DNA of 64,000 nucleotides from a virus. Shown here piece by piece: positions 49,234 through 58,351 of this stretch. The notes under the pieces are model-generated. The model was given only the letters and a program-made list of their open reading frames with translations. It made no database searches and had not been told where the DNA came from. Location of the stretch: the IMG/VR virus record IMGVR_UViG_3300045988_162908; one strand, 5' to 3'. The position numbers and the translations under genes are program-made. Numbering within the stretch: position 1 is the first letter of the stretch; every line of letters starts with the position of its first letter.

Positions 49234-50226
49234 ATGAAAACAGAAACGAAAGAGACTCCTATAAAGGGAACATTGATTTACCAGCCGCAGGGTGCGGCTG
49301 GCGAATACGCAAAGTGGGCAATCAATCTCTATCATGGTTGCTCCAATGGTTGCACTTATTGCTATAATCGCAGAGGGGTACTGAGTCATGCCTTTGGCGA
49401 CAAGCCAGAGTTAGCAGCACCTATCGTGAAAGCAAGAGATAAGTATCTTAATAGATATATGAAAAAAAATAATCTGACCGCACACGATGCTATTCCGCAA
49501 AAAGTTATTCGAGATACGACTGCTGTTGTTGCCCTAAATATTGTAGCTAAAGATATAAAAAGAATTGGGGAAGATGTAATTCGTGAAGACGGAGGAATTT
49601 TCTTTTCGTTTATTTGTGATCCGTTTGATCCTGATACAGATATAGATATGCTGCGAATGATGGTTTTTGTATTCTTAGATCATCAAATTCCAGTTACAAT
49701 ACTTACCAAAAATATAGATTGGTTAGGAAACGGAAAATGGAAAGCTTTTTTGGAACCTGATACCTATTGTCCGGATGAAGATTTCCTTCGTTACCTCACC
49801 ATCGGCTTTACTATCACCGGAAAAGATAAGTTTGAGCCTGGCGCTCCTTCTACTAAGGAACGTATCGAAGCCCTGCGTAAGTTGCATGATGAATACAAGA
49901 TTAAGACTTTCGTATCTTTGGAGCCGATAACGGACCTCGATATAGCATTGGAAGTAATCAAGGAAACATCCAAGATTACGAATGAAATACGCCTCGGTGT
50001 TCAGTCGCCTATCAAAAAAGATAGATATGACCCTAACGAGTTTACCGGTTTCGTTGTCTTGGTTAAAATCATGGCACGTAGTCTTGATTGCCGTTTCATG
50101 GTAAAGGAAAGCATGTATAAGCAGGCTGAAACTTTTGAAGGTGATGATAGAGATGTGTGTGTCGCGAAACTTGATGAAATAAGAAAGATTTATGAATCAA
50201 AGCAAACAGAAAATGATGAAAAGTAA
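49234..50226 (+). CDS. radical SAM enzyme (SplB / DNA-photolyase-like subgroup)
   Basis: NLYHGCSNGCTYCYNRRG contains CX3CX2C in the GCxxGCxYCY context typical of this subgroup. 330 aa. Confidence 0.65.
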   Translation: MKTETKETPIKGTLIYQPQGAAGEYAKWAINLYHGCSNGCTYCYNRRGVLSHAFGDKPELAAPIVKARDKYLNRYMKKNNLTAHDAIPQKVIRDTTAVVALNIVAKDIKRIGEDVIREDGGIFFSFICDPFDPDTDIDMLRMMVFVFLDHQIPVTILTKNIDWLGNGKWKAFLEPDTYCPDEDFLRYLTIGFTITGKDKFEPGAPSTKERIEALRKLHDEYKIKTFVSLEPITDLDIALEVIKETSKITNEIRLGVQSPIKKDRYDPNEFTGFVVLVKIMARSLDCRFMVKESMYKQAETFEGDDRDVCVAKLDEIRKIYESKQTENDEK

Positions 50227-50863
50227 ATTAAAATATTACGCCCAGTTTATCGGTATCAACCTGTTAGCGGCATTGATACCAGTCCTTGCCGTTATCCTTA
50301 TTTATGGTATCGGCAATTTAAAGAATGCCTGCACCAATCCTTATGTTATATCGCAGGAGATATATGATTGTTGTCTATGGGCAACCATTGTAGTAATGAC
50401 TGGCTTTTCCGTAGGCTTCTGGCTTCTTTCTTGGGCAGACAGATGGAGAAAGGCAAAGCTTAGTGCTCTAAAGATTAAAAGAGAGCACGAGGAATTAGGA
50501 TTGCGTATCGAAATGAAAGTTGAGCCTATCGAAGAGAGGGCAGGACAGAAGAATATGCCTGCATCTGCTGATTCCCAGTGGGAAGATGTTTCCGGGTTGA
50601 CGGTTAAGGAGATTTATCATCTCTATCACGGTCGTCAAGTTCTGATTACGACTGGTAAGGCGCAAGGAAATTTCGGTTATCTTGCTGGTTATAATAACGA
50701 AGGTTCTGTTCTCTACGTAGGTTTCACTCAATACTACACAGGTTCTTACTTTCTGAATGAAATAAATACTATGCGTGATACGAATCCCGATGTCAGTCAC
50801 GTAGAACCACAATATAAAAGCTACGTGAAGCTCATCCCAAGACTCGCCCGTATTCATAAGTAA
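50192..50863 (+). CDS. hypothetical membrane protein (start uncertain)
   Basis: Three N-terminal TM helices. Alternative ATGs at 50213 and 50216. Confidence 0.55.
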   Translation: MNQSKQKMMKSKLKYYAQFIGINLLAALIPVLAVILIYGIGNLKNACTNPYVISQEIYDCCLWATIVVMTGFSVGFWLLSWADRWRKAKLSALKIKREHEELGLRIEMKVEPIEERAGQKNMPASADSQWEDVSGLTVKEIYHLYHGRQVLITTGKAQGNFGYLAGYNNEGSVLYVGFTQYYTGSYFLNEINTMRDTNPDVSHVEPQYKSYVKLIPRLARIHK

Positions 50864-50925
50864 GAATCATAAAGCATAGATTATGACAACAGCAGAAGAG
50901 GCAAGAAAAGTAAAGCAAAATAGTT

Positions 50926-51507
50926 ATGGAAAAGATTTATTTGTTTGATGTTGATGGCTTGCTGCAGGTGCTGCAAGCCATCAAAGAGGAAAGACCGGTA
51001 GAGTATCGCCCATTGGAGGAACCTAATTGGCGAGATTTCAACCCAGAGGAATACGATATTGATACGGAAAACTGCATATATCGTGTCAAGCCTTGTGAAT
51101 ATAGTGAATACGTGGGAAGTATTGCTATACCTCCTGCGCTTATGCAGGAAGGTGTGATTTATTTTCTGAAAAACAAAGACCCTCGGAGTACTAAACAGAG
51201 TTTTGCTTGCGTAAAGGCTAACCTCTGGTATATAGATAAAAAGATATTGCTTCATTTTTTTTGGAGCGAAGACGGTGATTCAAAAAAGCTTTATGTTAGC
51301 GATCCGGATAGAAGAGTTAGCCGTAGCGAGAAAACAGATAATTTCGCTAATGAAATTATTCCTGATATAAATCTTGCTGATCCTAATAAAGCCGATATAT
51401 ATGTAGCTTCCATATCGCAAGTCAAGATGTTAGAGTCAAGACTCCGAGATGTGGGTTATGAATTGAAGGACGGACAAATGAAAAGGATAGATGGGAACAA
51501 AGCGTAA
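50926..51507 (+). CDS. hypothetical protein
   Basis: 193-aa ATG ORF. Confidence 0.6.
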   Translation: MEKIYLFDVDGLLQVLQAIKEERPVEYRPLEEPNWRDFNPEEYDIDTENCIYRVKPCEYSEYVGSIAIPPALMQEGVIYFLKNKDPRSTKQSFACVKANLWYIDKKILLHFFWSEDGDSKKLYVSDPDRRVSRSEKTDNFANEIIPDINLADPNKADIYVASISQVKMLESRLRDVGYELKDGQMKRIDGNKA

Positions 51508-52087
51508 ACAAACGCCTCTTCTTACTAAGGAGCAGGTAACAGAGCCGCTCCTTCAGCAGCATTTGCGTTGCTGGAAATCGAACCCTAAGTACATTGTAGA
51601 AAATCTGTATGTGTTCGACTGGGAGAGCGATATGCTCATCAAGACCCGAAGCGGATATTGGTATGAAGTGGAATGCAAGATTTCACTCGCTGATTTCAAG
51701 AATGATTTCAAGCTGAAGTGGCGAAAGCATGACCTACTGAAGACGGGGGATGAAAAGCATCGCCGCCCGAACTACTTCTGCTATTGCGTACCATGGTACC
51801 TTAGTGACAAAGTACTTCCCCTCCTTCCGAGTTATGCCGGATTGATAGTGCTTACGGAGACTGGCAAGCTGAACGAGGTAAGGCGAGCTTCGCTCCTGCA
51901 TACAGATAAGTACACCGACGAGGATTTGAAGTTGTGCAATAAGTTCTATTACGCCTATCGCAACTGGAAGGAGCGTGTGGAGGATCATCAGCCTACTAAG
52001 GAAATCAAGCGCCTGAAAGATGAGATTGCTTTCCTCAAGGCAGAATACAAGGCAGTAGCAGGGTGTGACATTCAGGATGCACTCTGA
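51491..52087 (+). CDS. PD-(D/E)XK-fold nuclease candidate (MmcB-like)
   Basis: VFDWESDMLIKTRSGYWYEVECKIS has a D...E-x-K arrangement. Followed by RPNYFCYCVP. Confidence 0.4.
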   Translation: MGTKRKQTPLLTKEQVTEPLLQQHLRCWKSNPKYIVENLYVFDWESDMLIKTRSGYWYEVECKISLADFKNDFKLKWRKHDLLKTGDEKHRRPNYFCYCVPWYLSDKVLPLLPSYAGLIVLTETGKLNEVRRASLLHTDKYTDEDLKLCNKFYYAYRNWKERVEDHQPTKEIKRLKDEIAFLKAEYKAVAGCDIQDAL

Positions 52088-52226
52088 GTATGCCGAAAGT
52101 TAATATATTAATTAAATGTAGCATATAAATACAAATGGGTGGTAACGTGTAGTTCGTATTGACCTTTCAGACGAAAAATAGACAAGTATTAACCATCCCC
52201 TATGGGGTATAGAATAAGCAATAACA

Positions 52227-52523
52227 ATGGAAAGTAATATTGGAAAGAAGGTCATCATTCGTGGTGATAGAAGTGGAGTAGAGTTTGGTGAGCTTGTAGC
52301 ATATAGTGGTAATGAGGTAACTCTGAAGAATGCTCGCCGTATCTGGTATTGGGACGGAGCTGCATCCTTGTCCCAGTTGGCGGTGGATGGAACAGAAAAA
52401 CCTGAAACCTGCAAGTTCACGGTAGCAGTAAATAGCATTACCATTTTAGATGCCGTTGAGATTATTCCTTGCACCGAAAAGGCGATTAAATCTATCGAAG
52501 GGGTAACAGAATGGAAGTATTAG
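52227..52523 (+). CDS. hypothetical protein (conserved small phage protein pattern)
   Basis: 98 aa. NARRIWYWDGAASLSQLA is a pattern I recall from many phage genomes. Function unknown. Confidence 0.6.
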   Translation: MESNIGKKVIIRGDRSGVEFGELVAYSGNEVTLKNARRIWYWDGAASLSQLAVDGTEKPETCKFTVAVNSITILDAVEIIPCTEKAIKSIEGVTEWKY

Positions 52524-53314
52524 AAGATAAGATCAAGGAGTTCCTGGCTACCAACACTGTTATTTCGCGCGTGGGTTATGGCTTTGCATCTGGTGAAGGA
52601 ACCGCTCTTAGCGGTTGTTCTGGCTATGGTAAAGGTGAAAGTGTAGGCGAAGGCGACGGTCTTCCCCATGGCGATGGCTATGATATTCCTGATGGCGCTG
52701 GATCTGGCTTGAGTCTTGGTGAAGGTGATGCCTTTTGTGCAGGATTCGGCTATAATATTGAATTTGTTCTTTCCTCTTACGTAGTCTATGATACTAAAGC
52801 GATAAATGGATATGAGGTACACCGTATAGATAATATACCAACAATCCTAACCTCTATCAGAGGCAATGTTGCACAAGGTTTCGTTGTTCAATCAGATTTT
52901 CAGCTAAAACCTTGTTACGTTGTCAAGGAGAACAATGAATTTGCTCATGGCGAAACTCTTCGTGATGCCTTTGACTCCCTTCAAGAGAAGCTATATAATG
53001 GTAGTACCAGCGAAGAGCGAATTGAAGCCTTCAAGAAGAAGTTTCCCGAGTATGATGTGAAGTACGACAACAAAGATTTGTTTACGTATCATCATGTGCT
53101 GACTGGTTCTTGCAGAATGGGTAGAGAGACTTTTGTAGTAAGCCATGGGTTATCTCTTGATGGCAAGACATCTGTCCGTGAGTTTGTCGAATTGACCCAA
53201 AATGCCTATGGCGGTGATATTATTAAAAAGCTACCAGGCGCATACGGTGTTGAGCAACTAACCACCCTCTCCTGTGAGAGGGAGAAAAAAAAGAAGAGCA
53301 TTGAGTATGATTAG
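52511..53314 (+). CDS. hypothetical protein with an N-terminal Gly-rich repeat
   Basis: 267 aa. GYGFASGEG / GYGKGESVGEGDG / GSGLSLGEGD repeats. Confidence 0.6.
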   Translation: MEVLEDKIKEFLATNTVISRVGYGFASGEGTALSGCSGYGKGESVGEGDGLPHGDGYDIPDGAGSGLSLGEGDAFCAGFGYNIEFVLSSYVVYDTKAINGYEVHRIDNIPTILTSIRGNVAQGFVVQSDFQLKPCYVVKENNEFAHGETLRDAFDSLQEKLYNGSTSEERIEAFKKKFPEYDVKYDNKDLFTYHHVLTGSCRMGRETFVVSHGLSLDGKTSVREFVELTQNAYGGDIIKKLPGAYGVEQLTTLSCEREKKKKSIEYD

Positions 53315-53720
53315 AATTTTCAAAAAAGAAGTCCAGAGATTGTTTCCGATTTTAGAGGCGATTAAGGAAGGTAAGACCATTCAGTTTCATCTTCCGGACG
53401 GATGGAGAGATATTGATGGCGACGATGAGGGTTTTTACCTTGAAACGCTTATTGGAGAATCTGATAAATATCGCATTAAGCCAGAGCCAAAGTACAGACC
53501 ATTCAAGGATGCAAAAGAGTGCATGGCTGAAATGCTGAAGCATCAGCCGTTTGGGTTGATAACATGCCAATGTGCTTTCTTTCATGTTATCTATATAGAA
53601 GATAAATTGATCGGTTATGGAAGTGCCTGTGGTACAATACTACACATTAAATTTAATGATGCTTTAAAAAGGTTTACCTTTGCCGACGGACTTCCGTTTG
53701 GTGTTGAGGAGGAGGAATAG
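53307..53720 (+). CDS. hypothetical protein
   Basis: ATG at 53307 (MIRIFKKEVQ...) overlaps the upstream stop. Confidence 0.55.
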   Translation: MIRIFKKEVQRLFPILEAIKEGKTIQFHLPDGWRDIDGDDEGFYLETLIGESDKYRIKPEPKYRPFKDAKECMAEMLKHQPFGLITCQCAFFHVIYIEDKLIGYGSACGTILHIKFNDALKRFTFADGLPFGVEEEE

Positions 53721-53819
53721 TATAATGTATTGTTTTTGTGATATTTGTGAATACAAGGATAAGTGTAAGTACTATCGAAAGGTAGTTGTTTGTCCTTATA
53801 TGAAAACGGAGGAATAGTT

Positions 53820-54038
53820 ATGGCAGCATGGTTAGCAGTTGATAAAGATGGTGCAGAATATATCTATGCCGACAAGGAACCTCTTCGAGGTAATGACGTG
53901 TGGAGACCAGACACATGGGACGATTGCTCTGATGACGCTTTCTGTGATTTCGTAAGAATGCCTAAAGGCAGTATCAAGAAACTTATCGGAAGAGAGTTGT
54001 CTTGGAGTGATGAGCCAGTCGAACTCAAAGGAGAATAG
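53820..54038 (+). CDS. hypothetical small protein
   Basis: ATG at 53820 (MAAWLAVDKDG...). The ORF-track start at 53790 is non-ATG. Confidence 0.55.
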   Translation: MAAWLAVDKDGAEYIYADKEPLRGNDVWRPDTWDDCSDDAFCDFVRMPKGSIKKLIGRELSWSDEPVELKGE

Positions 54039-54066
54039 TTATGGTAATCGAAAGATAAAATAGCGT

Positions 54067-54288
54067 ATGAAGATAAAAATTATTTCGTTATATTTCCCAA
54101 GTTGCTTTAATGGGAATAGACTTCCGAGTTTTACGGATAAAGCAAAGTACTTCATCATGTACAAAAAACATTGGTGGCAGAGATACAGATACCTGAAAAA
54201 TAGTTTCGGCAATCAAATGATGTTTGACAGCCAAGAAGAAGCCGAAGAGTTTCTTAAAAAGAAAGGTATAGATTATAAAGGAAAATAA
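54067..54288 (+). CDS. hypothetical small protein (paralog of the C-terminal part of 55946-56281)
   Basis: FNGNRLPSFTDKAKYFIMYKKHWWQRYRYL... versus FNGEKLPHFCDDIEYFVKYKKFWWQKYKYI... Confidence 0.6.
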   Translation: MKIKIISLYFPSCFNGNRLPSFTDKAKYFIMYKKHWWQRYRYLKNSFGNQMMFDSQEEAEEFLKKKGIDYKGK

Positions 54289-54291
54289 CGT

Positions 54292-54741
54292 ATGGAAAAG
54301 AAAGAAGAGCTAAAGAAAGAACCGGCAGAAGAATATGCTGGTTTAGGTACAGAAGTCTTTATCTGCAAGAAAGAAGATTTCGATAATCATCCCCAGTGGC
54401 ACAAAGTTTCTATGGTTGATAACAGTACAGTCTCTGACTTCGGTAATTATTTCGTAGGGCAGCCAGTGAGCGAGGAAACGCCTCGCAGTTTCATCCTTTC
54501 CCTCACGTTGGTAGCTGAAAAGGAAGCACACTACGAAGCTCAGATGTTAGCAGTAACGGTATTGCCTGTATTCAGCAAGTCTATGTTATCCATTACCCAG
54601 CCACATGTGCCATTCGAGCTGCGGAACGATTTTACGGAGTTATATCGTAATCCTTTCAATTTCTTCTATAAGGAGTTGGCCGCCCGTTTACCTTATCCTA
54701 TTCGGAATCCGCAGTGGACTCCATCACTGTTTAAAAAGTAA
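54292..54741 (+). CDS. hypothetical protein
   Basis: 149-aa ATG ORF. Confidence 0.6.
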   Translation: MEKKEELKKEPAEEYAGLGTEVFICKKEDFDNHPQWHKVSMVDNSTVSDFGNYFVGQPVSEETPRSFILSLTLVAEKEAHYEAQMLAVTVLPVFSKSMLSITQPHVPFELRNDFTELYRNPFNFFYKELAARLPYPIRNPQWTPSLFKK

Positions 54742-54746
54742 GTAAT

Positions 54747-55508
54747 ATGGAAAAAGAAAGTTTTAGAAAAAGCATTTACACTCTTGAAACCCTGGCGACC
54801 GGAATGTTTTGGCGAGATAAAAATGGAGTACCAGTAGAACAGGTTTATTGGAATCGCGGTCTTTGGGCAGAGCAGGAACGTTTGCGCAAGGCTCTCGATG
54901 AAGGCATGGTTATCAACAACGAATGGTGTAGAGGGGATTTTCGCGTTCCGAGAGTCTTAACTCACGCTCACGGTTTGGATGCTTATCTGAATGGCATGGA
55001 TGAGTTTCGGCGCAGGATAGAAGTTGTCCTGAATCATGGCGTTAATTTTACGGTAGATTGTGCATGTAAATCCTTCCTTTATAGAGACTTAGAAAACCAG
55101 CAGTTTTTTGCACCCGATTACGCCCGTCAATATTTCAGAGAAAGAGGAGAAACTATGACAAAAAAGAAAGTATTACCCCTGGTCATCGGAAAGAAATGGT
55201 TCAAGAAAATCGTTTCTGGTGATAAGACGGTAGAGTGTCTGGAAATCACGAAGTATTGGACTTCCCGACTGGTAAATCAGCAAGCCGAAAGCGGAGATGT
55301 ACTTTTCGATGAGTTCGGTGGCTATAGTACCGTGGTAGGTAAGCCGGAATACAAACCCTTTACTCACGTCCTCTTCTATGCGGGGCTCGCAGAAGACCGT
55401 CAGGTAGTAGAGAAGAAAATCGAAAGTATCTCTATCGGCAAAACGCAGAAAGGTATGTGCCGGAAAGGGTGGTTAAACAAAGACGTTTTCATCATCAAAT
55501 TCAAATAG
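54747..55508 (+). CDS. protein with a C-terminal ASCH (PUA-like) domain
   Basis: The C-terminal 110 aa (KKVLPLVIGKKWFKKIVSGDKTVECLEI...VFIIKFK) are paralogous to the next gene and fit the ASCH pattern (..I.sG.KT.E.R). Confidence 0.5.
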   Translation: MEKESFRKSIYTLETLATGMFWRDKNGVPVEQVYWNRGLWAEQERLRKALDEGMVINNEWCRGDFRVPRVLTHAHGLDAYLNGMDEFRRRIEVVLNHGVNFTVDCACKSFLYRDLENQQFFAPDYARQYFRERGETMTKKKVLPLVIGKKWFKKIVSGDKTVECLEITKYWTSRLVNQQAESGDVLFDEFGGYSTVVGKPEYKPFTHVLFYAGLAEDRQVVEKKIESISIGKTQKGMCRKGWLNKDVFIIKFK

Positions 55509-55511
55509 CGT

Positions 55512-55937
55512 ATGGCAGAAAAGAAAATATTGACCCTTCATCTTGCCGATGAGTGGTATCAGAAGATACTTAGCGGAGAGAAGACAGAGGAGTATCGAGA
55601 ATGCTCTGTTTACTGGGTAATGCGTCTGATAGCAAAAGATGCACCCAACAGAATAGAATTGATATACAACATCAATATTGCTCGTGAGAAGGGAGCATTC
55701 ATGTACGGCTACGTCTGTCAAGGCGGTACCCATGCTTCCGATAGTCCGGAAGATAGAGCATATCGTCAGAAGGTATTGGAGCCTTTCACTCACGTACATT
55801 TCGTTTCCGGTTATCCAAAAGACAATCAGCCGTATATCGAGCGAGAGATTGATGAAATTACTGTAGGCAAGCCTAAAAAGGCATGTGCCCCTGAAGAGTG
55901 GCTTGATAAGTATATGTTCGTAATTAGATTTAAATAG
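55512..55937 (+). CDS. ASCH (PUA-like) domain protein
   Basis: KKILTLHLADEWYQKILSGEKTEEYRE...FVIRFK. 141 aa. Confidence 0.5.
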   Translation: MAEKKILTLHLADEWYQKILSGEKTEEYRECSVYWVMRLIAKDAPNRIELIYNINIAREKGAFMYGYVCQGGTHASDSPEDRAYRQKVLEPFTHVHFVSGYPKDNQPYIEREIDEITVGKPKKACAPEEWLDKYMFVIRFK

Positions 55938-55945
55938 ATAAGCGT

Positions 55946-56281
55946 ATGATACTTGTACAATGTTCAATTTTACAGCTCGTACTTTTAGCGATATTCGTTA
56001 TATCTCTTATCGTGTTGATGGAGCAGGTAACTGAGTATTTTTACTTTAGAAATGAAAAGCGGATTAAGGTACGATTTGATGTGGTTCGTCAGCCCAGATA
56101 TTTCAACGGTGAAAAGCTTCCGCATTTTTGTGACGATATTGAATACTTCGTCAAGTATAAGAAGTTTTGGTGGCAGAAATATAAGTACATAGCAGACTGT
56201 TGTGGTCGTCCGATGAAGTTTGCCAGTGTAGATGCAGCCAAAGAGTGTCTTAAAAAGGAAGGGTATAAATTATGGAAATAA
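55946..56281 (+). CDS. hypothetical protein with an N-terminal TM helix (paralog of 54067-54288)
   Basis: 111 aa. See 54067. Confidence 0.6.
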   Translation: MILVQCSILQLVLLAIFVISLIVLMEQVTEYFYFRNEKRIKVRFDVVRQPRYFNGEKLPHFCDDIEYFVKYKKFWWQKYKYIADCCGRPMKFASVDAAKECLKKEGYKLWK

Positions 56282-56664
56282 GAAACATAAAGTTCAAAGC
56301 AAAACGTCTTGACAACGGAGAATGGGTAAAAGGCGACTTGGTACACAGCACAAGTTATGTTGGCATAAGTTACCCAAGTGACGAGTTTTCTGATGTACCA
56401 ATAGTGCATAGAGTTGACCCTTCTACTGTCTGCCAGTTTACAGGACTGAAAGACTGCGAAGGCAAAGAGGTTTGGGATCACGACCTTCTGCAAAGCCCTT
56501 GCAAAGAAACAGAAGAAATCTATGAGGTTTCGTGGGGTCAAGAAGAAGGAGGTTTCATTGTTAAACATACAGTAAGTGGTGGACGTTTATTGACCTTTTT
56601 ATGCCCTGCGTTGATGCTATTCAGGTTCAAAGTTATTGGTAATAAATTCGATAAAAAGAAGTAG
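56272..56664 (+). CDS. YopX-family protein
   Basis: IKFKAKRLDNGEWVKGDL...CQFTGLKDCEGKEVWDHDLL...VIGNKFD matches the YopX pattern. Confidence 0.65.
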   Translation: MEIRNIKFKAKRLDNGEWVKGDLVHSTSYVGISYPSDEFSDVPIVHRVDPSTVCQFTGLKDCEGKEVWDHDLLQSPCKETEEIYEVSWGQEEGGFIVKHTVSGGRLLTFLCPALMLFRFKVIGNKFDKKK

Positions 56665-56667
56665 CGT

Positions 56668-57237
56668 ATGAAACAAGAAGAACGTGCAGCCTTGGCTGCG
56701 AGATTAAATGCCTTTCTGAAGGAGACTAAGAAGAATTATCTCGATGGAATTGTAGATAATCTTATTCATGAGGCAGAATGTAAAACTGCAATTCTATCTG
56801 ATGAGGAAGCGAAAGAGCCGGAGTTCGTCTTTATATCATATCTAAAAGAGATGACTTGTTACAACGACCATGATGGTTCTTGGAAACATAACATCCTTAC
56901 TCTTACAAATCTGGCTGGTACCGCTTTCGCCTTGATGGAGTTTGATCCTGCTTACAATCCGATAAGGAAGGACCCAGTGTGTGGCTATATCAATAGCTTC
57001 ATCGTTAGCGAGAAAGATCGGCAGAAAGGCATTGGCTCTCTAATGATAAAAACCTTAGAGGCTATATCAGAAGGTTACGGCGTACATATTTTGTTTGTAA
57101 ATTGGGATATTAAGCCTGGACCTGACACTTGGGCAGATAAGTGGCTTACCGGAATGGGTTATCACCAAGACGAGCCAAACGACCCTCGCCCATTTCATTA
57201 TTATATGATGCACAAAAGATTAGTTGTCAGATATTAG
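56668..57237 (+). CDS. GNAT-like acetyltransferase
   Basis: YINSFIVSEKDRQKGIGSLMIKTLEAISEGYG (motif A-like Q/RxxGxG/A). 189 aa. Confidence 0.55.
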   Translation: MKQEERAALAARLNAFLKETKKNYLDGIVDNLIHEAECKTAILSDEEAKEPEFVFISYLKEMTCYNDHDGSWKHNILTLTNLAGTAFALMEFDPAYNPIRKDPVCGYINSFIVSEKDRQKGIGSLMIKTLEAISEGYGVHILFVNWDIKPGPDTWADKWLTGMGYHQDEPNDPRPFHYYMMHKRLVVRY

Positions 57238-57259
57238 AATAATTAAAATATTAAAGATT

Positions 57260-57523
57260 ATGGCATGTGATTGTATTAGCAGAGTTGAAAAACTTATCAA
57301 GGAGAAGACCAACGAGAGTGGTTGCCTTGATACGGGCATTGGTGTCCCATCGGGCATTGCGATGGTAAACATTTATGGTTTATTCCACAAGCAGAAGAGA
57401 GATGGTTCTTTCTGCGAAAAGTGGAACAAGGTTAATATCCTTCCAGAGTATTGCCTTTTTTGCGGAAAGAAATATGTGGAGGATAAGAAAGAAAATGTTC
57501 AACAGAAAGAAAACGAGAAGTAG
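57260..57523 (+). CDS. 87-aa Cys-motif protein, partner of the radical SAM gene (paralog 2)
   Basis: ATG at 57260 (MACDCISRVEK...EYCLFCGKKYV). ~80% nt identity to 48967-49230. Same TAGCGTATG junction to the next gene. Confidence 0.7.
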   Translation: MACDCISRVEKLIKEKTNESGCLDTGIGVPSGIAMVNIYGLFHKQKRDGSFCEKWNKVNILPEYCLFCGKKYVEDKKENVQQKENEK

Positions 57524-57526
57524 CGT

Positions 57527-58144
57527 ATGTCAAGAATATATGAAGATGAAAAGAATGCGGATCATTCCGTTATTCATCTGATGGTAAATACAAATTGTGA
57601 TAATCATTGCATGTTATGTTGTAATGACCAATACTTTTTAAGTTCTGTTCCGGTTGTAACGGTAGAGGAACTTAACAACGCTAAAACTGTGTTGCTAACA
57701 GGTGGCGAACCTTTCAAGATTCCATACTTTGCTGATTTCGTGCAAAATCTGCGCGGCCAGTATAAAAACATAGAAAACCTTTATGTTTATACTTCGGGAT
57801 ATTCTATGTACCACAACGTAGAACAATGGAACAAAAATAAGGTTTATACTGATATTGATGGCGTAAACATCTCACCTAAAGGAACCAATCGTGAACGTTG
57901 GGCTATACAAGGTATGTTAGGAAAGAATGCGATGGATTGTTTCTTTTATATATTTGCCTCCATGAAAAGCTGCAGGCTTATCTTAATGGACCGCAAGGAG
58001 AAAAATGACGAGTTTCTTTCTACCTTGAATCTCCAACAATTCATAGACCTTGGGGTTCGTTTCGATGTAGAGTATCGTGATTGGCAAAGTGAGTTTCAGC
58101 CTAACGGCGGGGTGTGGAGAAGATTACCGGTATTGTTTAATTAA
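57527..58144 (+). CDS. small radical SAM enzyme (QueE / activase-like size class)
   Basis: NTNCDNHCMLCCND (CX3CX2C) and the SAM-binding-like VLLTGGEPF. 205 aa. Confidence 0.6.
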   Translation: MSRIYEDEKNADHSVIHLMVNTNCDNHCMLCCNDQYFLSSVPVVTVEELNNAKTVLLTGGEPFKIPYFADFVQNLRGQYKNIENLYVYTSGYSMYHNVEQWNKNKVYTDIDGVNISPKGTNRERWAIQGMLGKNAMDCFFYIFASMKSCRLILMDRKEKNDEFLSTLNLQQFIDLGVRFDVEYRDWQSEFQPNGGVWRRLPVLFN

Positions 58145-58155
58145 AGAAATAGCGT

Positions 58156-58311
58156 ATGTTGCCAGAATATATTAATCCTTATTACTTGCATCCAATAGGT
58201 TCGAGAATGGCAGATAAATCATTTTTGATAGTCCCTTCTCCCAAAGACTACGGGCAGTACCTTCAGAATAAACGTAGAAGAAATTTTAAAGGTAAAAAAG
58301 TAAAAAGGTAA
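58156..58311 (+). CDS. possible 51-aa protein
   Basis: MLPEYINPYYLHPIGSRMADKSFLIVPSPKDYGQYLQNKRRRNFKGKKVKR. Below the ORF-track cut-off. Its ATG sits in a TAGCGTATG junction and its 3' end runs into a GTAAAAAG repeat, like 35469-35978. Confidence 0.35.
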   Translation: MLPEYINPYYLHPIGSRMADKSFLIVPSPKDYGQYLQNKRRRNFKGKKVKR

Positions 58312-58340
58312 AAAGAGCATTCTTGCTTCTGAAAGTAAAA
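58288..58340. repeat. GTAAAAAG-type dispersed repeat (forward arm)
   Basis: AAAGGTAAAAAAGTAAAAAGGTAAAAAGAGCATTCTTGCTTCTGAAAGTAAAAA. It shares a 33-nt identical core with 59011-59070. Confidence 0.9.
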
Positions 58341-58351
58341 ATAATAGCGAT

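Noticed and set aside
49228-58152. TAG stop-codon reassignment, as seen in some gut phages
   Set aside because: TAG terminates many well-delimited genes here, in the TAGCGTATG junctions. The long ORFs (1098, 933, 1229 and 667 aa) are intact under the standard code, so recoding is not needed.
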